DNA of 63,992 nt, counting the filler, from Collodictyon triciliatum (Eukaryota): NCBI GenBank assembly GCA_043381765.1. It is 11 parts of 11 records of this genome, joined end to end, with 100 filler letters (N's around TTAATTAATTAA, not from the genome) between each part and the next. Parts side by side here need not be neighbours in the genome. Positions count along the whole stretch, not along the records: positions 50,322 to 56,494 come from JBHJMP010004658.1; positions 56,595 to 62,769 come from JBHJMP010004659.1; positions 62,870 to 63,992 come from JBHJMP010004792.1; 8 more parts are not named here. One strand, written 5' to 3'. This document shows positions 50,526-63,992 of the stretch, piece after piece (within the stretch, counting starts at the first letter, position 1; every line of letters begins with the position of its first letter). The position numbers were made by a program, and so were the translations under genes. The notes beneath the pieces are model-generated. The model had not been told where the DNA came from. It made no database searches and was given only the letters and a program-made list of their open reading frames with translations.

Positions 50526-53079
50526 ACGAGAGCCAATTACATGAACGCGAACAAGGTTCAACCTATGAAATCATCGTCGCACAACTGTATGTTTTCATCT
50601 GATTGGTTAAAAGATTGTATCCTTTAAATTCGATGCTTTGATGCTACATAAGGGCACTTTAAAGAGAAAACTGTTTTGTTTTTTTTTGTATGTACATTTT
50701 ATTATTTATACTGATATTAGGAGGGAAGAAAATGAAGATTTGAAAAATGAAAACTACCGGTTAAAAAATGAAATTGAAGCACTTCGAACCACTCAATCCT
50801 CGGTAAATAAAGCGTCTGTTTAAAATTGCATATTTACCTTCAATGGTTATTATTAGTGAGTCAGTGTGGAAAATTCATAATATATTTGTATGATTCTTTA
50901 ATAGAGAATGTTGACATCAATAACAAATAGGCTATACATCCGCAAAGTGAAGGCCAAAATATCTCGACCCGGCCTCAATCAAAAATGCCCTCTGAAAGCG
51001 ATATCAGGTTACCCTACTATGATTTGTTTAAGAGAATCGCACCAATCTTATTCTTACTTTCATATGTTGTTTTCTTTCAAAAAATTACGAAGCGGCTATC
51101 TGAATTCGAAGTATGCATTATTTCGTTTGCAGGCGTGAAGCCGAAATGGTGCAACAATTAGAAAAATTGAATTCAACACTTCGAATGTACGAATCACAGA
51201 TTCAATTTTTGCAAGGCATCCTAACGTAATATATTTGCACCATTATGCATTGTTTCTTTGTAATATACAGCGATATTAGGTAGATGAAAATTGAGTTAAA
51301 GTTTAGAGTATTTATTTAACCTAAAAAGAACCACCTTGTATAATTTTTTTGCGTGAATGATTTGTCTTGTAGAAATAAATGAATTTTGGACAATAGAATA
51401 TAACCTAGAAAATTATGAAATGTAATGAGTCGGTTCTGCTTTGTGTAGAGGGAAAGACGAGGAATGGCAGCGACTCACTCGTGAGAATGAGGCTCTTAAA
51501 GGGCAACTGGAGCACTATAGAACCCAACTGTCTCGCGCCAAGGAAAATTCAGCTGAACTGAAACAAGCGATTGAGAAAAAAGAATCCGCTTTGTGTGTTG
51601 AAATAGAAAGGAATGAAGGTTCATCGCTGTTTTCCTTTGTTTCCCTTTGTTTCCCTTTGTTTCCCTTTGTTTCCCTTTGTTTCCCTTTGTTTCCCTTTGT
51701 TTCCCTTTGTTTTCCTTTGTTTTCCCTTGTTTTCCTTTGTTTTCCTCTGTTTTGCTTTGTTTTGCTTTGTTTTTCATTTTAGTCATTTGTTGCTGTTTTG
51801 GTTCTTTGGTTCTTTAGTTTCCGGTTTACGGTTTCCGGTTTTTAACTTGGCACACGTATTGATAATTTCTCTCTATGCTTATGAAAGTAATTTACATTCC
51901 AATAGAAATGATCCACACCCTCCAGGTAGAAAATGTGAAGGTGAGGATATTTTTTTGGCCATGATAATCTAATTAAATTTGTTTTATATTTTGCCGAATA
52001 AGCATGTATAAGTAACTCTCTTCGATGGATAACCCCACAGCTTAAAGAAAAGCAGAATATGCTTCTATCATGGCAGCAAGAAAACCATGGTACAAGTCGA
52101 TCAAAGGCTCCAGTAATACTTTTGAAATTACCTTTCTTTTTCTCCTGAAGTTATATAAAAAAAATTATTTGTCGATGAAGTTAGAATGCAGGAAAGTATG
52201 CAGATACTTGATATAACTTTGTTCGTCGACATAAATGAATTATACCGTTAGAACTGCACTAGAAGAAATTATTGTTGGTTTATTCCCATTTTTTATAAGG
52301 GTGCCAATATTTTTAACATAGAGCAACGTAAGTACGCGAGAGTCGATCCAAGCTTTGAGTGAGAAACTCCAAGAAAGGACCAGCTTATCAAAATTTTATG
52401 AAGTTTGTACATATATGCTTCATGCAAATGTGGTGTTCAAATGTGGTTTACATATTATTGAAAAATATTCGCATCCATAATTCTGATATAACGTAGCCGA
52501 TTACTAGAAATAAGAGTGTACTGGATACCAGAAAAATACTCTTTTCGTTTTGCATTAGAAAAAAATCATTAATTATCAAGATGACCATATAGCGATGAAA
52601 ACAAATAAATACCAATGTTTCAGATGAAGCTCAAGGAGGTGAAGAAAGAGACTCAAGCCGAACTACAGCAGATGTCCGTTTCATTCTACGAACTTGGATA
52701 TCAACTCAACCTTGTGAAATCGCAATGCCGCTGCCAAAATCAGTCCATCGCAAATCCTCCTCCGCCACCACGACTGCAATCCATCCAATCCATCCAACCC
52801 ACATCACAGCCCAGTCTTTCGCACACGCAGCTCAATGCGTCCCAAACATCACAACCTGCAAGCCAACAAAGTCAGTTGCAATCCTTTTTACAAGCGCCCT
52901 CGAATTCAAGCAGAATCCCGGCCAGCCAATCGCAGCAGAGGAGTTTGCCATCTGCAACAGCTTCGGCAACGCCTGCAACCAGAAATATGTCTGGAACAAC
53001 GCCCAGAACATTCATCCCACCACCAAACTCTCAAACGCAAATGGCGAGCATGCGGCCTGGGTCTTACGACAGAAGATGA
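50526..53079 (+). CDS. C-terminal exons of a coiled-coil protein, possibly HOOK-like; 5'-truncated
   Basis: Heptad-rich exons (REENEDLKNENYRLKNEIEALR, QRLTRENEALKGQLEHYR). ETQAELQQMSVSFYELGYQL resembles the HOOK C-terminal E.KLM.SAWYELG motif. An S/Q/P-rich tail follows. Confidence 0.55.
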
Positions 53080-53760
53080 AATGAATTGCAGGCAAGGATT
53101 CCAACTTGTGAGGCGAATCATGGCGCATGGTTTCTGTAAGATAGAAACCCACCTGCATGACATTCAACACGAGGTCCGCCTCCTTTGCAAAAAAATAAAA
53201 GAAAATATGATAGAAAAAAAAGAAAGAAATCGGGTTCGGTTGAGCTTTTGATGACATAGGCTTGATGATTCTTCTATAATTTCCACAAATGATATAGCCG
53301 AAGAAATCTGGATTGAAGAAGCGTTTTCCAAATATATCGACTTCATCAAAATCAAGCGCAATCGTCCTAAATAAGTAGTGTCTTTACTCAAGCTTCCTTA
53401 ACAGTCTTTAGACGTTTACTAAATTGAATATTTGTCGTCTATTCATCTTTTTAAAATTTGATGAGGTTCCATAAATGATACCATCGTTCCTGTGACACGT
53501 CATGACACGACCACGACTTTGCCTTCAAACAAACACCTAATCTGCAGGATTTCCAAAGTCCTTGGTATAAATAATCAACGCTGACGCAGTGCTGTGGCGT
53601 CGGGTGCTCATAACCAGTTTGCCACACAATCTCAAAACTGGACAGAAGCTTGCAGCCAGCGTGATTGGCCGGACTAATCTAAATTGCCTGCATCATAAGA
53701 CCAGCCAAACTTCAGAGGGACAAGTCGCGAGAGATAGAGAGGGAGAGGAGTCGCCGTAGG

Positions 53761-54081
53761 ATGAGCCACTTTTCCAGCACAGCCACGAACGCACCAAAAC
53801 TGACGTCCAAGCAACCGCCGACCCCGCTGATCGCTCGCTTTTCGGCGAAGACCGTTCCTGGCTGTGCGGAAGAGTCGGACGCAAAGCAACAAATCGCCAC
53901 GCCAGCGGAAGCAGCGACTTGTCTGCTGGGGATGACACTGCGCCGATCGCTGCCCGTCTCGCTGCTGGGGGGAGGAAATCAGAACAGCGGTCACAGTGAC
54001 AACGACATCGATCAGTGTGATGATCATGAGGAACTCGTCCACATCACAAACGTCATTTCCTGCTGGGCCCAACAGAACTGA
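53761..54081 (+). CDS. Hypothetical 106-aa protein
   Basis: ATG-initiated, GC-elevated ORF followed by a pyrimidine microsatellite. No homology recognised. Confidence 0.3.
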   Translation: MSHFSSTATNAPKLTSKQPPTPLIARFSAKTVPGCAEESDAKQQIATPAEAATCLLGMTLRRSLPVSLLGGGNQNSGHSDNDIDQCDDHEELVHITNVISCWAQQN

Positions 54082-54968
54082 GTCCTTGCTTGGCTTCACC
54101 TTTGCCCGGATGTTTGTGACAAATTACTGTCCTCTCTTTCTCTTTCTCTTTCTCTTTCGTTTTCTCTTTCTCTTTCTCTTTCTCTTTCTCTTTTCGAAAA
54201 GACTCCCCTCTTGTATCATACTCTTAATCAAGGACTCAACCCCCTCTTTCTTCTTTCTACATAATCGCTCTGTTTCTTCAGTTCGTTCTTGTTCCTATTG
54301 TATCACTCATCCGCAACCCATCGCGCGGTCGGGCTGATCCGCAGGAATAAACGCCTCGCTTTTAATTGGCTGCCTGATCGAATCCGAAAACATTGAATGA
54401 AAAACGGATTCTTATAAATTTACATATCTGGAAAATAATTATTAAATATATTTAGTCTGGTTAAGTCGCCAATTTATACATAATGTCGACAAAATAAAAA
54501 GAAAATAATATAAAAAATAGTTATTTAAAAGCATTTGTGCACGTCTCAACTGATTTCGATGGTTTGCTAACTTATTATAGCGCGTTATGATATTCACAAA
54601 CACGCTACCAAATACAGGTGCATTCCATATGTGGATATTCCTTTTCCTGCTTTTTTCTTGACGCTCACAACCATGTATCTGCGACACAAGGCACCAGCAG
54701 AAGGACGCTCATCAACGCAATATTCATCACACATCACGCTCGCACGAGAACAAAAGCTGCCCTCCAAGTATAAGAAGTGTTTCCTACAAAGCAACCTTTC
54801 TTGCCGATAATTAATGCGTGCATATTCATAGTTTTATCTTCTACCTACATCACCGCAAAAACAAAACAAAACAAAACAAAACAAAACAAAACAAAACAAA
54901 ACAAAACAAAACAAAACAAAACAAAACAAAACAAAACACCCACACCAGAGAACCCATAAGCCCGGGAA

Positions 54969-55433
54969 ATGGAAACAGGACAGCCAAATTCGCCGCGGTT
55001 AGTTCCCCTCAAGCCACCCGCTCTGTTTCTTCTCGAGACCAACAAAACCAACAGAGTGGTTTTCACAAGCCTGTCAGAGTTTGCTCCTCTCAGTGCAGAG
55101 CCACACAGGTCATTCCACAAAGAAGCAGATTTCTGCGATGCCGCCCAGGTTTGTGGCAGAGAAAACAATCACAGCCAGCAGAGGACATTCAAAAACTCTC
55201 CGCCTAACGCGCTTCTGGCAGAGTATTCAATTGGCTGCCGCTCAATGCTGCACCCAACTCCTGGCGAAGAAGAAGGTGATTTTGGTGGTGATGACAACAG
55301 CGATAACGATGGTGAAAACGAGTACTTTGGTGACGTGAAGAGAGGCTCCTTGGCTGGATTACCCACACGGATGCAGCAGCCTGGTGTTGTTTGCGGATTG
55401 GGTTCTCAGCGCCCATTGCCTCCCGCTGAATGA
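54969..55433 (+). CDS. Hypothetical 154-aa protein
   Basis: GAAATGG start, GC-elevated intronless ORF with an acidic patch. No homology recognised. Confidence 0.4.
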   Translation: METGQPNSPRLVPLKPPALFLLETNKTNRVVFTSLSEFAPLSAEPHRSFHKEADFCDAAQVCGRENNHSQQRTFKNSPPNALLAEYSIGCRSMLHPTPGEEEGDFGGDDNSDNDGENEYFGDVKRGSLAGLPTRMQQPGVVCGLGSQRPLPPAE

Positions 55434-55884
55434 TGCCGACGCGGCAACTTCGCTTCGGAACCCTTCGTCCCTTTTTTCTGTTTCGTTTGCAATATTAATA
55501 ACCGGTCTTCTTTTTCTTCTCAAGTCCCTCCTTCTTTTCTCTCTCTTCACTTTCCATACTTCTTCTGTCGCTCAACTGCGACTTACAAAATAATACCCTT
55601 AGCATGTTTCAGATAATGTTCCGTTTTCCAAGCTTCGGTCAACATAACCATCCCGAGTGTGCTTCTGCCCTTCCTTCCGCTTGGGGTTTCCCTTCGCGCT
55701 CTCATCGCATGTACTCGGCCTAACCGACTCGTGATGACCCCGTTAAACGTGGAGAAGTCACAGTATCCACCGCCTTATCATAAACACAGGCCTGTGGCGT
55801 GTTTCATAAGCAAAAAGTGCCAAAAAAAAACAATGTGGCAGTAGATTGAAGAGGATGCCAAAAGAACGAGGTGTAAAAAGAGGA

Positions 55885-55957
55885 TGCTTCCTAGCGGAAT
55901 CGAACCACTGATCTCTCCCTTACTAGGGGAGCGCCTTGCCGTCTGGGCCAAGGAAGC
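55885..55957 (-). tRNA. tRNA-Thr(AGT), 73 nt, intronless
   Basis: GCTTCCT/AGGAAGC acceptor stem; CTCCC/GGGAG anticodon stem with loop CT-AGT-AA; AGTGG-TTCGATT-CCGCT T arm; downstream TTTTT Pol III terminator at 55875-55879. Confidence 0.97.
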
Positions 55958-57734
55958 TTCTTGTTGGAAAGGAAAATTTTATTAAATATAATACCAACAT
56001 TTTTGATCCCGCTCCTTTTCGCAATTTCTTCTCTTTGGTTCATTAAATGATGTAGACCGATGAAATGAGGTGGATTGGAGGTAATTATGTTTGGGTGATG
56101 TCGAGAAAATCTTCTTTGCTCGTCCCGTTTCATCTCAGTGGGTGGTGACAGCAGTGGTGGATGCGAGGTTTGTTGCCTTCTCCTCGTCCCTCGGCACACA
56201 AATAGAAAATCCACTTTTGCATTTAACGGATTCAGTGATTTTGTGCAGTTGTGGAAATTCAGGGCGTAGCAAAAATCAAACAACACTTCGCGTTATCTGA
56301 GATGCATCGACACTCTCAACCGAACGAGATGCCACCCTCGGCCAGCAAAAAGAAGAAAAAGAAAAAGAAAAAGAAAAAGAAAAAGAAGAAAAAGAAAAAG
56401 AAGAGGAAAAAGAAAAAGAAAAAGAAAAAGAAAAAGAAAAAGAAAAAGAAAAAGAAAAAGAAAAAGAAAAAGAAAAAGAAAAAGAAAAAGAAAANNNNNN
56501 NNNNNNNNNNNNNNNNNNNNNNNNNNNNNNNNNNNNNNTTAATTAATTAANNNNNNNNNNNNNNNNNNNNNNNNNNNNNNNNNNNNNNNNNNNNAAAAAA
56601 AAAAAAAAAAAAAAAACAAAAAACAAAAAACAAAAAACAAAAAACAAAAAACAAAAAACAAAAAACAAAAAACAAAAAACAAAAGACAAAAAACAAAAAA
56701 CAAAAAACAAAAAAAACAAAAAAACAAAAAAACAAACCCTCCAGTTCTGAAAACATCTCGCCTTTTCTACTAAACCTCTGCGCAGAAGACTTTCAGGGTC
56801 GCAAAGTTACACAAATGGGCGCTTTTGACATAGTTGATCAACTCGTATGGTTTAATTCAAAACAAACAAACAAACAAACAAACAAACAAACAAACAAACA
56901 AACAAACAAAGTAAATACACTTGAGAGCTTTCCAACCCTTGGGCTCGTCAACATAACTCACCTCCATGTCATACAAAGCTAACACTCTATTTTCTCATAT
57001 TCTACCCATTCCCAGTCGTTCTATGGCTCGTACCACAACAATACTATGTAAGTGCCTCTGCATTCTCATATATCGCAACACACTTGTTCAACGATTCTGC
57101 TCCCATCTCCATTGATACTCATTCGTCACTCCTGATCTTAAGGAACAAGCTGATTCACCTCGGTATGTTGTATTCACCAGTACATAATACTTCGTCGCTC
57201 TGATAATTTCAAAGTTGGACCAAAGAAGAGAAAAAAGAAAAAAAGAANNNNNNNNNNNNNNNNNNNNNNNNNNNNNNNNNNNNNNNNNNNNNNNNNNNNN
57301 NNNNNNNNNNNNNNNNNNNNNNNNNNNNNNNNNNNNNNNNNNNNNNNNNNNNNNNNNNNNNNNNNNNNNNNNNNNNNNNNNNNNNNNNNNNNNNNNNNNN
57401 NNNNNNNNNNNNNNNNNNNNNNNNNNNNNNNNNNNNNNNNNNNNNNNNNNNNNNNNNNNNNNNNNNNNNNNNNNNNNNNNNNNNNNNNNNNNNNNNNNNN
57501 NNNNNNNNNNNNNNNNNNNNNNNNNNNNNNNNNNNNNNNNNNNNNNNNNNNNNNNNNNNNNNNNNNNNNNNNNNNNNNNNNNNNNNNNNNNNNNNNNNNN
57601 NNNNNNNNNNNNNNNNNNNNNNNNNNNNNNNNNNNNNNNNNNNNNNNNNNNNNNNNNNNNNNNNNNNNNNNNNNNNNNNNNNNNNNNNNNNNNNNNNNNN
57701 NNNNNNNNNNNNNNNNNNNNNNNNNNNNNNNNNN

Positions 57735-62607
<4,873 letters not shown>

Positions 62608-62869
62608 CTGTAATGTACAATGTTAACCATAATAAAACATATAAAAAAACACATAAAAAACATAAAAAATATAAAAAACATAAAAAACATAAAAAACATA
62701 AAAAACATAAAAAACATAAAAAACATAAAAAACATAAAAAACATAAAAAACATAAAAAACATAAAAAACNNNNNNNNNNNNNNNNNNNNNNNNNNNNNNN
62801 NNNNNNNNNNNNNTTAATTAATTAANNNNNNNNNNNNNNNNNNNNNNNNNNNNNNNNNNNNNNNNNNNN

Positions 62870-62953
<84 letters not shown>

Positions 62954-63032
62954 ATCCCTTCCTCCTTCCGCTTTATCTTTTTCTTTTAGTCTCGATTCCA
63001 TTCCCTTCCTGTTTCTCTTCTTTGCTTTATGG

Positions 63033-63818
63033 CTAGCTCGCCTCCACAAGCGGGGTTCGGTCAAAGCTAGTCGAACCTCTGCGTTGTCTGTGCTTGAAAA
63101 TGAACACCGCTGCAGCACCCACAGCGACGACTCCAGCGACCACACTGAGAGCTGCAGAGTGGTATGACAGGAGGATAAAGAAATAAACACACCTTGACAA
63201 ACAGCTCCACAGCACGTTGCTTCATCTTGCTCAGTCATATTCACCTCTCTAGTCTTCTCTTCTCTTATGACTTGTTGTGGTTTGTATGCTCCCTTACCAA
63301 TCACAATGGCCTCCCCGTCGTCTTCTCCCTCCTCGTCGTTCGTATCATCGTCCCCTCCAGGAAACTTGAATGCAGAGAAGACGGGCTCGTGGTCAGACGC
63401 CTGAAGGCTGCTGTCTGTGGTGTCGAGGCCATTTTATACGTAAAGGAAAAGGAAAAGGAAAAGGAAAAGGAAAAGGAAAAGGAAAAGGAAAAGGAAAAGG
63501 AAAAGGAAAAGGGAGAAAAATAAAGAGAAAAACGGCATAAGAAAGCTACATGAAAAGGTATAGTATTCGACAGATGCATTGATATCTATAAAACTAATTT
63601 AATTAAAAAAATCTTGATTCGATGAAGACAGATGAGATATTTTTTTTCTACAATATTTTATCTCTAAAAATTCGTGATGCAATCTAAATTCCATACATTC
63701 GATATTCACGTGGACATATTGGTAATAGAACGACTGATTGTTGATCTGGCGCAATAGACTTTGACTGGCAAACACGTGGTCGATTGTTTGAGAAAGACCC
63801 ATGAAGTTATACGAATAC
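63033..63818 (-). CDS. Last three exons of an endonuclease/exonuclease/phosphatase (EEP) family extracellular nuclease with a C-terminal TM anchor
   Basis: YSYNFMGLSQTIDHVFAS...YVHVNIEY...QASDHEPVFSAF, then an acidic linker, hydrophobic ALSVVAGVVAVGAAAVFIF and basic KHRQRR. Confidence 0.8.
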
Positions 63819-63884
63819 CTATAAGGACGATATCATCTCTTGGAATTTTTCTCTTTGAATGGTTCATTGTTTTCCTTCCCCCCC

Positions 63885-63917
<33 letters not shown>

Positions 63918-63923
63918 TATTTT

Positions 63924-63960
<37 letters not shown>

Positions 63961-63992
63961 ATTATTTTTTTTTTTTTGTTTAGAAGCTTTTT

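Noticed and set aside
41332-50625. GTATCC-type strings suggesting U12 minor introns (e.g. 41333, 50617)
   Set aside because: The first lacks the full GTATCCTT consensus and the second is not at an exon boundary.
53012-53680. Possible small spliced gene on the minus strand downstream of the HOOK-like gene
   Set aside because: Several mutually exclusive exon chains are equally plausible, and none resembles a known protein.
56800-57247. Possible extra C-terminal exons of the kinesin-ankyrin gene
   Set aside because: Separated by an N gap and the frame is ambiguous.

Overview
Eukaryotic genomic DNA, probably a microsatellite-rich, intron-dense protist (taxon not identifiable from sequence alone). 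The window is not one locus. It is 11 unrelated scaffolds, ten of about 6.2 kb plus the start of an eleventh, joined by artificial 100-nt spacers (N44-TTAATTAATTAA-N44), so gene order across spacers has no meaning. I spliced the genes by hand. Recognisable genes: Rit1 (first exon), RPL37A, a Niban/FAM129-like PH protein, importin-7/8, an ABCA transporter, SPCS2, an ATP9/Neo1 flippase, the C-terminus of a MAP2K-like kinase, RPS15, RIMOC1/C5orf51, a UvrD/Srs2 helicase, a DUF4062-STAND-TPR protein, a class V PLP-fold protein, a PHO80-type cyclin, a HOOK-like coiled coil, tRNA-Thr(AGT), a kinesin-ankyrin fusion and a membrane-anchored EEP nuclease. Most notable: (i) a decayed Fanzor1 RNA-guided nuclease gene; (ii) an NLR-like STAND gene whose TPR repeats are each a 126-nt symmetric exon; (iii) three apparently frame-intact pseudo-enzymes (kinesin motor, ABCA NBD1, PLP enzyme); (iv) very degenerate splice signals. 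All family calls come from motif recognition by eye, not database searches.
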